DNA from: Pseudogymnoascus verrucosus
Taxonomy: Eukaryota
DNA: 64,000 nt
Strand: one strand, 5' to 3'
Assembly (NCBI GenBank): GCA_001662655.1
Contig: KV460240.1
Both the position numbers and the translations under genes were made by a program. This document shows, one piece after another, positions 26,996 through 39,168 of this stretch (position 1 is its first letter; each line of letters begins with the position of its first letter). The notes under the pieces are model-generated. The model made no database searches. It was not told where the DNA came from and saw only the letters and a list, made by a program, of their open reading frames with translations.

Positions 26996-27736
26996 CTATT
27001 TCGCATCAACATTCTCAAACCTCTCTTCCGTCGTCACAAACCCAATGCTATCCTCATCCCTCCCCGCATACGCCTCCACAAGCATATGATCCCCCTTCCC
27101 TGTTAGACTAGCTTTCTTCCCTCCCCCCTCCTCCCAAACCCAAGCTCCGTGTTTATCCAATGTCCACCTCCCTCCTTTCGGGGCCAGCCCACTCTTCCCC
27201 TTCACTGAGCTCAACTGTATAAGCTCCACATCACCATCAGCGACAACCTCCCCCCTCTCCCTCTTCCTCCCTAACTTCTCAAACACCTTTGGCAGCGCAG
27301 CTGGCATCTTGAGATTTTGCATATTGATTTTCACCGCCTTCAAATCAACTACTTTCTTCTGCTTGTCCATCGGCGGTGATAACGCCCTAACCTCATCTGC
27401 CTGCTCTGGCATCACAAATGCCGCGGCCGCAGTGGACGAACTCGTAGCCAAACAGGAGACGAGGCCCATATTAGCACTCAGGCAGGGAAACTCGGCTCGC
27501 AGCAGCGCCTTGCGGTTGACGCGGCGATTGATGCCGGCGCAGGTGAACGAAAAGAATATGCACACGACAAAGACGGCGAGGATGCCGACGCCGAAGGCCC
27601 ATGAGGGATATTTGTAGGGCGGCACGGGCTCAGGTTCGATGTTGGGAACTTCGCCGGTGGTGTCGTCCGGCGTGTCGCGGGTTAAGAGTTGGACGGCTAG
27701 GAGGTAGGGGAGGGGGAAGAGGTTTGTGGGAGGCAT
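26996..27736 (-). CDS. Hypothetical single-pass membrane protein (246 aa, intronless)
   Basis: Uninterrupted ORF with ATG; hydrophobic segment WAFGVGILAVFVVCIFFSFTCAGI followed by basic NRRVNRK; occupies its own gap between RPL3 and the polymerase. No family recognised. Confidence 0.65.
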   Translation of the reverse strand: MPPTNLFPLPYLLAVQLLTRDTPDDTTGEVPNIEPEPVPPYKYPSWAFGVGILAVFVVCIFFSFTCAGINRRVNRKALLRAEFPCLSANMGLVSCLATSSSTAAAAFVMPEQADEVRALSPPMDKQKKVVDLKAVKINMQNLKMPAALPKVFEKLGRKRERGEVVADGDVELIQLSSVKGKSGLAPKGGRWTLDKHGAWVWEEGGGKKASLTGKGDHMLVEAYAGRDEDSIGFVTTEERFENVDAK

Positions 27737-28151
27737 TAAGCTAGGTTGGATATGGTGTGTATGGTGGTTTGGAGGTTGTATGTTTTGTTTGTTTGGTTAC
27801 TAGCTCGTTTGCCGATGATCTCGAGAGATCACGGCACAAGCTTTGTGAAGGTTCGCCAAATGGGGTGGTGTTATTATCGAATATGTGGGATTTGTATCTA
27901 TGAGAACAATTTTTGATGAGATTGTTATGATGAGCCTGCCGTGCAGAAAAAAACAAGAGAAAAGAGGGCATGGTGCGAGGGATATATGGCAATATTTCGA
28001 AATGGACTAGGTGTTGGTGTGCTCTAAGCGTTGCTCTAGCTATCGTATGATAATATTTTAGCTTCATTGGCGCACCCCGTGGGGAGCTAATGAGTTGAGT
28101 TACCCCAGCCCAACTCAACGGAGTCAAATCGACCGAACCTGGGGTAACTTT

Positions 28152-30057
28152 TTATTCGCTCAAATTCTCAAATTCGTGGTATCGCTCATGAGCGGCCATC
28201 GCAAAAGCTGGCATAATTGCGTTGCAGATCGAGCACTTGCCCGAGTCTGATTCTTCGTTCATGTAGAGAGTCTCGTCGTCGACAGCATCCTGCGTCATTG
28301 GTATTACATCCTCAGAGCCCGTAGCTCCCTTCATGATAGCGTCATTGCCAGCACTTGGCTCTGCTTTAAAGAGAGCGTGTGACCTACCACCATCATTAGT
28401 TCGGTGGTGTTCAGCAACCCAATCGGGCGGCACGTCTTTATCTTCCACCTTCCACTCCTTTAGCACTTCTTCTTGGTGCTTAAACATGCGGCTAATATCG
28501 CGTCCTCGACCTTTAACGGTCTCGCTAGCCGTCTCTACCATATTTGCGACGCAAATGTTGATAAGGTTTAAGCTCCAACCCTTACCGTCGTGGAGGCGGT
28601 GAAACAGAGGGATCAGAGTTTCCACAACAAGCTTTTCAACCAACGCATCCACACCCTCCCGTAAGCCGAAAATAAAGTTTGGGAGAGGGCACGAGCGGGA
28701 AATTCGGTTGAAACTCCTCGACCGAGTCCCGTCTGGATTCCGCGGAGGTTGGGGCCTGGTTGAGAGTCGTATCGTCTTAGGATGTGCCAACCATCGTTGC
28801 TTCCCAGGGTTGTCTTCGTCGGATTCAAGAAGATCTGTATGCATTCTGTTGATGAGGCTAGTAGCAAGGACCCGTAGCTCCTTCCGTACTTCAGGGAGGG
28901 TACTGATACCTCTGTAACTGTCTTCAATAGATATCTGGGTCGGAACCCGCTTGAGTGTCTGAACTTCTGATTCATCGATTCCGTTTATCAGTGCCCATGC
29001 CTTCGCGCCAATGCCACGTTCGGCACCTAGCCCTCCAAGAATTTCGTCAAGAAGCTCTGGCCCCATACCCGGAAAGAGGCGGACGTCGCGAACCGAGACA
29101 GAATCCTTCACTACACGAGAATCGGTCTCATCTTTCAAGTCAACTTTTCGTCCAAGAATATGGTCTCTTATTTTCTGTGACATCTTGAACCCAATTCCCG
29201 GGATTTTTCCGATATCGTGGGTGTCCAAAAATGCAATCACAGTGCTTGTTTGTTCTGCTTGATCCTCATTCGAAGTACTTTCGTACGGAGGCATCAATGT
29301 TGTCTGTGCCTTGGGTTTATGTAAGTTGCCGGCCAGCTTAGCCAGCAATTTCGAGGTTGAAATTCCAACCGTTGAAGTATAACCCTTGTCTTCCTCGAGC
29401 CGATGCCGAAGGTGTTGCGCCAGATGTGAACCTATTCTCAACCGTATGAGAAGCTCCTGGTCCTTCGCTGCGATTTCAATAGCTGTGTCGTCAAGGTCTG
29501 GATATTCATGGCCAGCCGTGCGAGAGGCATCGAAGGAAAATCCAATCGTCGGGTCATCGCGGGACAGGTTGAAGAATGCGTGGCTGAGGTCGTTCGGGTT
29601 CAGCAGCGACTGGTTGTATGCAACAATATCGGTGACGTCGAGAAAGACCTCATCGAAGCCAAGCTTCTCAACCTTGTTGTTCCATGTGAAGGACTCCAAG
29701 AACTTGTAGAGCATTTTCGAGGCATCCCGAAAACGGTCCAGCTGCTCGCCGAGCACAATCACCATGTCCGGGCATTTTTTCTTTGCCTCCGAAACGAGTT
29801 GGAGTTTACGTAGTCCTCGTCGACGAGCTTCGTAGTTGCAGGTCACAATAATCTGCTTCTGCTGCACACCGAGCGGAACACTTTTCAGGGCGGGATTCTC
29901 GACTTCGAAAACGGACGCGTAGAAGCAGTCGTAGTCCTAGAAATTCGTCAGATTCAACTTTTGTCAGCCTGCTTGGTCTAGAAGCCCTTACAAAGTGGAT
30001 AATAATCCTGTCATCGCTTCTCTTCAGCGATGACTTCGCCGTTGTGGTCATTGGCAT
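28152..30057 (-). CDS. Y-family translesion DNA polymerase (iota-like); intron 29991-29937
   Basis: Spliced motif I RIIIHF|DYDCFYASV, PLGVQQKQIIVTCNYEAR, catalytic GFDEVFLDVT, SKLLAKLAGNLHKP, IPGIG HhH, little-finger region QISIEDSY, C-terminal C2H2 finger CSICNAIMPAFAMAAHERYH. Confidence 0.92.
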
Positions 30058-30197
30058 CTCATTGCAAGTGATACATGTATTACTCTGCCCACTTGATAAT
30101 AGACTGCCTAGAGTGCAGTACTACTCCAGTAATGTCCGTGATTACTTTTGCAACAAGAGCGAGCTCTTTCCTACCAGTCACAGGGCACGCGACGGAT

Positions 30198-30205
30198 TCA
30201 CGTGA
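30198..30205. promoter_or_regulatory. TCACGTGA E-box (bHLH, Cbf1-type) in the divergent promoter between the Y-family polymerase and GGT
   Basis: CGGATTCACGTGAGTCCG forms an extended imperfect palindrome 140 bp upstream of the polymerase start. Function is inferred. Confidence 0.45.
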
Positions 30206-30561
30206 GTCCGCGTTAATGACCTGAGCCTTATCTTATCAGGATCAGGTACAGTTTGTCCAGTACTGTAAATACAGTCACGAGGTACAAGGGCTTTATCTCC
30301 AAAGGAAGGTGCGGAACAAACGGCTATGTCGCGTGAATATCAGCAAAGCTTATAAAGCTAAGAGGGGAAATAGTGTATATACTGTACATAGTAGAGGAAG
30401 TATCGCGGTGTTCCCCTCAAACACATTTCCAAAGGACATCGTGGGATTTTTCGTCCTTGGAGATTATCGTTATCGTCGCCACCATCTCGCTGTCGTTATC
30501 AAAGTCCCCCAGGATAAACTTGAGTACCGAAGGGTCCATTGTTCTATAACAGTTCTTTAAT

Positions 30562-32626
30562 ATGCATGGGTGTGAGTTTGCAATTCCTGCGTTCTCGCAC
30601 GCCATCCACCCCCCTGCAGCGCTCACATCGCACAAATTCCCATGAAACAACCTGGAACAAAACACAATTCTGACGCGTGCATTACTTGCATATTTAGTCT
30701 TCGACCAAGATCCCGGCAGATCCAGAAGTCCACGATGGCGCTTCGCGCTTCTATCCTTGCTCGCGCTCTTCCCTTCGTCGAGCGTTGAAGCCGGCATCTT
30801 CCTATCCCGAGATGATTCAAGAGGGGCGGTGGCGAGTGAGAGCTCGATATGTAGCAGTATTGGAATAGATCTCATAAGGCGCGGCGTGAGTTCTCATCTT
30901 GGTTGCAGGGTTTAGAGTCATGCTAATTACCTTTAAGGGCAATGCTGTAGACGCCGCAGTTGGCACGACGTTATGTGTTGGCGTTATTGGAATGTACCAC
31001 AGCGGCATCGGCGGCGGCGGTTTTATGCTTGTGCGCAGCGAGACGGGCGAGTATGAAGACGTTGATTTCCGGGAAACGGCGCCGGCTGCTGCATATGAGG
31101 ATATGTACGCCAATTTCACGATCGGCAGCATAGTTGGTGGGGATGCAAGCGGGGTTCCAGGCGAACTGAGGGGCTTCGAATATGTACATAAGAAGTATGG
31201 GGTAAGTAATGTCTCATCGTAACGGGACGGGTAGAATGCGGGCTGACGTTGCACAGAAACTACCGTGGGCTATGGTTGTAATGCCCGCAGCGAAAGTTGC
31301 AGAGAGAGGGTTTCCAGGTACGTGAGAGTTGGACCGCGAATGCAAACCTTCGGAGGCATAGCATGTCTTTGGCTTCAGTATAAGTAGGATCGGGGGAAAT
31401 ATGCTAACCTTTTCATAGTGACGGAAGATCTTTTTGGATTCATGACCAGTACGGTCAATAAGGGACAGCATTTTCTCACAGAAGATCCCAGCTGGGCAAT
31501 AGATTTTGCTCCAAATGGCACACTCCTTCAACCAGGCGAAATAATGACACGGAAACGGTTTGGCAAGACCCTGCGAACGATTGCTCAGCAAGGGGCAAAT
31601 GCTTTCTATGAGGGACCTATTGCCGAGGCCACTATCCGGGCTGTCCAACTCGCCAACGGCTCCATGACCCTAGATGATATGTCACAATATGATATTATCT
31701 CACGCGAACCTGTCAGCATAGACTATAGAGGATATAAGATGTTCTCAACCGGTGCCCCGAGCAGTGGAGCAGTGGCGCTGAACACCTTCAAAATCATTGA
31801 GGGGTACAACATGAGCGACCCCAATAACTTGAAGCTGAACACCCATAGACTAGACGAAGCTATCAAGTTTTCGTACGGAAGCCGCAACGAACTCGGCGAC
31901 CCAGACTTTGTGGAAGGCATTGTCGATTTCCAAACCCAAATGCTAGACACAGCAAGTGCCCATGCGACTAGGCACAAGATATCAGACGACCACACTCTAG
32001 ACCCCGCAGACTACAACCCGAAACTGCTCTCCCACCCCGACAGCCACGGAACCTCGCACATCGTGACGACCGACTCATCAGGCCTATCCATCACGCTCAC
32101 CACCACCATAAACCTCTCATTTGGCAGCCGGCTCTGCGTCCCCGAAACCGGCATCATCATGAACAACGAAATGAATGACTTCTCCATCCCCGGCGTCTCC
32201 AATGAATTCGGCTTCGTCCCCTCCCGCAACAACTATATCCGCCCCGGCAAACGCCCTCTCTCCTCCATCACCCCCATCATCGTCGAGAAGGCCGATGGCA
32301 GCCTCTACGTCGTCACCGGCGCCGCAGGCGGCTCGCGCATCATCACCGCTACCATCCAGGCGCTCTGGCACGTCCTCGATCACGGTATGACGATGCCCGA
32401 GGCGCTGGCGCAGCCGAGGTTGCATGACCAGCTGCTGCCGGCGCAGGTGCGTTTCGAGGTGGGGTATGATAATGATACGACGGCGTATATGCGTGAGAAG
32501 GGGCATAATATTACGTGGACGACCGAGTTGCTTAGTAAGACGCAGGGGATTAGGAGGTTGGAGAATGGGACGTTTGAGGCGGCGGCGGAGCCGAGGCAGA
32601 AGAATAGTGGGGGGTTTGCGGTGTAG
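30562..32626 (+). CDS. Gamma-glutamyltranspeptidase (5 exons; first exon 30562-30571 tentative)
   Basis: N-terminal hydrophobic anchor WRFALLSLLALFPSS; GAVASESSICSSIG, GNAVDAAVGTTLCVGVIGMYHSGIGGGGFML, DFRETAP, GVPGELRG, autocleavage site HGTSHI (catalytic Thr), NNEMNDFS, PGKRPLSSITP, GAAGGSRI. Confidence 0.95.
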
Positions 32627-32944
32627 AGGGATGTTGGATACCTGTGACATATGCGTGATACTTAGAAGTTTAAATAGAGTATATATGTGGCAATGAGAAG
32701 ATGTAGCAATTATATGATTATATCCTTAGGACATTTCAAAAATGGAACGGTAACGAGGACGAAACTAGGTCTAAAGAGTATTCGAGGGGGGTCGAGGATC
32801 CAAAATTATGAGCGACCAAAAATACAAAAAAATGGTGAACATGAATGTACGCTGAAAGATTCCCCTGTCGACAAGGCAATTGGAAGGCATAGATAGAACA
32901 TTGTACCGATAGAGCTGAAAAGTGCTCCTGCTGTTGCGCCTCTA

Positions 32945-33042
32945 CCTGTCACCACCTCTGCCTGCCACCATCTCTGCCTGCCACCGCCTCTGCCTGCGCC
33001 TGCCACCACCTTTTCCTGTCACCATCTCTTCCTGTCACCATC
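32945..33042. repeat. 16-bp-unit minisatellite (CCTGYCACCRYCTCTK), ~6 copies
   Basis: Units start at 32945, 32961, 32977, 32999, 33015, 33031, with a 6-bp CCTGCG insert after the third. Confidence 0.85.
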
Positions 33043-33510
33043 GCGAACCAATCCGCTCCCCCGTTATTCCCGCTTCCTTGTCCTGGTGGTTGTGTTGGAG
33101 AACCGCGTTGGGTGCGCGAACCTTTGCTTTCTAATCCGCCCCGAAGCAAGGCGTGGAAAGTAATTTTCGTGAAGGAAAGCAACGGCCATTAAATCTGCTC
33201 CGCTGGATTGTCTTTGGTATAACTACTTGCACTATCTCAGCGGACCACGACTCCCAGTAAATTCTCTCCGGGCCAGTCTATTATGTTACCCCTTATTGGA
33301 GTTTTGGGCTACACGAGCAGGGGAGATCAAATGGGATAGGGGAGGGAAGGAGGAAGCATTGGAGATAGGTGATACTGTGGTAATTGCTCAGCAATCACTA
33401 TCGAAGATTAAATAGATATCACCTTTCATATATTAAGAAAGACCTTGATACGAAAATGACAGTACGCAACAACACCAATATCCAAGCTACCATCCCTTCC
33501 CCACCAACCT

Positions 33511-35172
33511 CTACGACCACGCCCACGCCGCATTCGGCCCCCTAACCACAACCTTTATCAACCACTGCAGTGACCCCTCCGGATCATCCTGAGCAACACG
33601 ATGTCCGGCGTTCTGAAAAGTATAGTAACTCATCCCCCTCTCCTCGCGCCCTTGGCTGACTTGTTGTCCCTTGGAATTGCGTAATACGTCGCAGGTCGGA
33701 GGGCGCGAGAAGCCTTGGGAACCTCCCCAGGTGGTGTTCTGGAGTACTAGTTCCTGGCCCATGTGCGGGATCACGTAGTCGAGGATGCCGTTGAATATAT
33801 GGACTTTGACGCCTTGGGATATAAGGTTGGGGACGATGGTGTAGGCGGGCGGTTGGGGCTGGATTCTTCTATCGTTTGAGACGAGCAAGCCGCCGAGGTC
33901 ATCGTTGCAAGGGTTGAATTGAATGTGGGGGGTGTGGATGGCGGACTGGACATCAGCGCGGTTAAGATAGGCGATGTAAGCGCCGTCGGAGTAGAGGTTA
34001 TCGTAGCCGTGCTCGTTGATGTTGTATGGTTGGAATTCGCGGTTTGCGGAGGGAGAGAGATAGTAGTTGTATGCGGCGTCGTAAGGGTCACAGATGCCGT
34101 AACAGGTAGTGTAATTTATGATGTAGGCGAGACGTTCGGGGGTGTTGGTGCCGCCCTCAAAGTCGCACCTCTCGGGGATGTAGCCGGGTGGTGGTGTGGG
34201 AGCGTTGCGTTTGAAGTTCGCCCCGGACGGGTTGCCAGGGATGTGGATGGGGCCAGAGGGGGGATATGTGATTTGGGCCCGGACAGCAGGGAAGCCACAG
34301 TCTTTGTCGCCTTGTTTGAGCACGTTATACATGATGGGGGGGCTGTTGCTGTTAGAATTGCGGGTGTGTAGGAAGGAGGGATGCTGGGGCTTACATATTT
34401 GTCCCGTAGCTTAATCGGTGTTCGTCGATGTATGCGAGTGCAACTACATTGTTCATCGCTGCCCAGTTTCCCCAGAACGCATCTCCCAGGCTGAGAGTGG
34501 ATAGCTTAACCTTCAAAGTTGCCTTCTGCGCCTGGACCTCCTTGGCGATATATGGGAGAAAAACGCCGGCGTAGCTCTCACCCATCAGGTGGATCTTCTT
34601 GGACCGCATCTCCGGGAACACGTTGAAGAATGAGTCAAGCCATTTCACAACAGCAGCAGTATTGTGTTCATTATCCGTGTTGTTAGATGTGCCAGTACTG
34701 AAGCCTGTGCCAATGGGCTGGTCGATATATAGGACATTCGCCCCTCGGGTCCATGAATAGGGGTTGCGCTGCGGCTTTGTTGCCGCCTTGGGGAATATGA
34801 CCGGACCATGTATTTTGAAGAGCCCAAGTAAAGAACTGCATGCTGGGCCACCATTGAACCAGATAATAAGGTCATTCTTGCCCTGCTGCGTCTCGGCCTC
34901 CCATAGCCAGAAAAAAAGGGAGTCGGTGCCGAAGCCCGAGCCAACCTTCAGACTGCCAGCCCATGATTTTGGGATTTTGAAGTTGACTTGAGGTAGAGAC
35001 TTCACCAAGTATTCTGTATGCAAGTCAGCGGCTGATTATTTCTTTTTTTATTTCAGGAATTTGTGGGTTGTCACTTACGGTCAGCTGCATTACCACCGTT
35101 CCTGTCAGGCGGCAGCCCAGCCGCCCCCACGGCAAGTAGCGCGATAGACGCGACAGTAACCAAGAACTTCAT
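33511..35172 (-). CDS. Secreted serine carboxypeptidase, family S10; introns 35078-35014 and 34394-34343
   Basis: Signal peptide MKFLVTVASIALLAVGAAG; LIIWFNGGPACSS, ANVLYIDQPIGTGFS, catalytic GESYAG, NGILDYVI (Asp), NAGHRV (His). Confidence 0.94.
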
Positions 35173-36135
35173 GATGGACGTATCAGAGGTTGCAGAGCCA
35201 AGAAAGCTCCGGCGAATGAATTTGAGGAAGGAGAATTGATGGTTCCGACGAGGGACATGACCACGTTTTTAAGTCTTCTAGAATAAATTTGAGCCCCTTT
35301 GGAAGTCTTGAGGTCGGACGTAACGGAACCGGTGGAATGGTTCGAAGCCCCAACCGACGGTGAAGAACAATAGTAAGAACGGATGTCTTGGCGGGACAAC
35401 AATCGTAAGGAAGGGAACAATACTAAGGGAAGGGTCGCTAACGTCCAACTTAAATGAAGGAGGTCCACGAGGATCATGAGAGGATGCAGCTTGTGTGCAG
35501 CTGGCGACGCAAGGGGGTGGAACTCCTGAAAGAACAATGCATCGCTCTCATCTCTCATTCGTAGAATTCTGCGCCCTGTCTGTACCACGACTCAATCACA
35601 GGAACACAATATTGGTTTTTGCATATTAATCACCCTCAAATAGGAAGATTCGTCTGAGAACCAACACAGCTAGTAGCTGTTCATACGTGATGCTCAAGGA
35701 AAGCCCACGAAAGTAGTAAGACAATAGTATAACTCCGCGGCATGGCCCAATTAAAGCTCAGTTTTGATTTCCATGACTATGATGTCGCTTCCTATAATTA
35801 GTTGCCTCGTTAAAATAGCAAGGGGCGGTCAGTAAGACACAGCAAGAGTAAAAGCAAATGGGTATAGTATGCAGCAAAAGTAAGTCCCTCCTCGCCGTGA
35901 AGGCTGCCACCTGACAAACGCCAGAATCAATGTTATGCACCTCAGCAAACGATAAACCCCTCCCCAACGCCTGGATAGTGTAATGCCAAACATCTCCCCA
36001 CCACCCTAATGTGTCATGGCCAAATCCCATCCCCTCATCAAATAGCAAGCCCACTCGAGGTTGGCGTATTGACCATCGCAACCCCTCCATAAAAATATCC
36101 CAGCTACTCCATCCCCCGCACTGTAACCAAGCTTA

Positions 36136-37382
36136 CTAGATCCCTGCAAACCCCCCATACCCCTCGTCGTCGAACCATGGTTGATGATAGCTGCTATGGT
36201 CCCGCACGCCACTCAACCCAAGCTGGCGCGCAACGTTGACGTATCCCTCTCTATTCTTTGCTCCATGTTTGTCAATGTTTTTAGTGGAATCCTCATCCTC
36301 CTTCCAAACGGTACGACAGTATACGCATTTAACCGGTCCAGGCTTGCTCTTCGCCCACTGGTCAAAGCAAGTCTTGTGGATATTGTTCCCGCATGCAGCT
36401 TTGCACCACAGAATTTCATCGCTGGGCTTGAATTCTATGACACACACTGGACAATCACCCTCGATCGGCTTTCGCTTTCCGGGATGTGATGTATCTTCGG
36501 AGCTATTGGAAGACTGGGGTGTAACAGGGGCGTGGTCGAATATCTGTTTGAGTTCTGTAGAAAGCAGAGCTTGTTGGTATTGAAGATGCTCTGGAGCTTT
36601 CAGAACGTTGACGAGAACCTAAGCACTCGTTAGCCCTAAGTCGCCTTGCGAGTGAGCCTTGCGTGTCTACTCACATAGATAATATGCTTGCACTGATTTC
36701 CTCTGATCCTCGCATCCATGCATGTACATTTTGGCTTTTTGTCAATCACGACTTCATATATATTCCCAGTTGAACCGGCCATATCAAACTTCTCCACTTC
36801 ATGCGTTCCATCGCTATTCAGTTTTCTCTCTCGATCAATGAGGAACATTGGTTGGGATATGGCACGGTTCAATCGGTCCTGGAACTTATATGGCGGCCTC
36901 TCACGAAACTGATGTAGTCGTTTTTCGACGCGGCTCTCTCCCCCAGGATTCGGCTCCTCATAATCTTTTTGCTTCCGCTTCCGCTTCGGTGCTTTAGCTT
37001 TAGGTGCTTTAGCCACAGACTTTCGCATGGATGTCACCGAATTAGTCCTGGCCACGGAATTTTCGTCATCGGAGTCATCAGAGATATTTATGACCACCGG
37101 TTCGCTGATGGTCCCCCGCTTCCGCTTCTTTGACGTCACACCCTGAGGAAAGACAGAAGTTGGGCTGGGGCTATCGTCAATAGAGATCGCATTGGATACA
37201 GTAGTGCCGAGCGTATCGGCCCCTGGGAAACCTCTCGCACTTCCTGTGGAGGTGCCTCTAGCGCTTGCCTGGTTGAAGGACATGCAAGAAGCCATAAAAT
37301 CCCTCATGCTTCCTGTTGAGGGAGCGCTTGCCTGCATGGAGGCTTTGGTGCTCTGAGCTGGCGAATTGGTGGTGTAAGACAT
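36136..37382 (-). CDS. SWIM zinc finger + RING finger protein (putative E3 ligase); intron 36674-36619
   Basis: MAGSTGNIYEVVIDKKPKCTCMDARIRGNQCKHIIY|VLVNVLKAP (SWIM CxC...CxH); RKPIEGDCPVCVIEF...WCKAACGNNIHKTCFDQWAKS...KCVYCRTVW (RING). Confidence 0.92.
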
Positions 37383-39168
37383 TCTCCGGGTGGAGGCAGC
37401 TGTAGGTGCCCGGAGAATCAGGTTAAATCAGGGTTGAGCTGAATCTCTTCACCGCCAGCTATGGTGGAATGGAAAGAGTGCCGAGCATTGAATGAGCTGA
37501 CTGTGATGCTAATGTGAAGAGGCGTCAATTAGAAAGCTGAAGTAGATCATTGTTGCCAGAGCTGTGATTTGAGAATGTCGTCACTAGTTGGGAAGTCGCG
37601 AACTGAACGCCTAATCACGTGAATTCGGCCAATTGAAAGTCTGCCAGAGGTTTGTCAGGGTGGTTGCCCAAGAGCCCCCTTGCTTCCAGATGGCTCGATG
37701 GATCGGGTGGAAACTACAAGGGAGCCACGGGAAGTTAGAGTGCTCTTAACCATCAGTTGAAATCAATCAATCAAGCATAACCACATATCTCTCCACTGAT
37801 CTCCAGCGGAAATGTTGAGTTGCGTTCCACTAACAGATACAAGGTACAGAATCCCATATTGATATCGATGGAGTGGTGCCAGCTGGTCGGCATCTGAGAA
37901 CCAGCAAAGCGATTAGGAAGGCAGTGAGTTGCACAAGCATACCCACCTATGGCTTCGACGCGCAGATCAATCACATATGCACAGCACGCTGCATACTCGA
38001 GTCAGCAACCAACGCGCCCGGGCGGGTGGCTTACCAACCTCCTGTTACTCTAAATGCAATGGTACACCGTGGAGCCGGAATCCTGCTTTTTTGTTAATGC
38101 CGCCCGCCTCATTTGCCCCCAACGGAACAAAAAGGGGTGACGACCTCGCGAGTTGTCCCGTCTATCCATGCAAACCCGAGCAAAGGACTCGGTGGCAGGT
38201 GTTGCCCTGGGCAAGGCAGCGGTGTGCAAAATTGTTTGCTTTATCGAGATGGCGTGACGGAGCGGATGGTTGCAGCTGGAATGCGAGAGATAGCGATAAA
38301 GCCGACAAACGTGACCAGTCGTTTGCACTTGTATTGTGTAGCTCGTTCTGGACCTTTCACGGATGTCTACTATAGGCAAAAAATGTAAGTACTTTGCCGT
38401 GGTTTACGACTCTCCTTGCCTGACGCCAGGAGGAACCCGTGCAGTTGACGCGTTTGGTATGGGGTTATCAGGTCTGGGATCGCTAGTCTCCGTCCCACAA
38501 TGATAAGTTGAAGACGCGGGAGAGAAGGTTACTAGGATCCAAGAGACGTCAGCTTGGTACGCTGTAGGTGTGGTGGCTAATCCCCGAGGCAAACAGTTTT
38601 CACTGTCATGATTGATTCTTGTCCCCTGTCAAATTTTTCTTGTGATGGTGTTTTAGCATTGCTTGTGGAGGGTTGGACACCGTCTTGTTACCTGGTTTTT
38701 AGCTGGGAATAGAACACAATACTACACTCGCTTTTACTTCGGTCGTTATTGCGGACTTACCGTTTTGTGCTTTTCGTTTTTCCCTACTTTCACCAAGGGG
38801 CCTCTGACCATACGGGCTATGTGTTCGTACATTCCGCTGGTCTATATATGCATAAGCATCTGTTTATGGCTCCTCCAACAAAAGCCTTTGCGAGGTCTGT
38901 CATACTAGGGATTCTGTTTCAGCCCAGTTGCTGCACGCACCCGCCCAAGGGAAAATGACCAAAAGTTGTGTTGCCCTTGGTCCGGGCTAAGGGTCTAGAA
39001 CGCGAATACTAAAACTCTGGTATGGGCATAGACTACAACTTGTTCTGCATCACCCAATTCAGAGGAACAATACTCAAAATAGCGGAGTATCTGAACGCCT
39101 AAAGCCCCGAGGTTTGCGCAACATTTGGGAATCGCAAGGCGTGGATGCACATGGATTGGAAGGATACA

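Noticed and set aside
32945..33042. Repeat array as CRISPR-like
   Set aside because: Units are contiguous without unique spacers, the context is eukaryotic and no cas genes are present.
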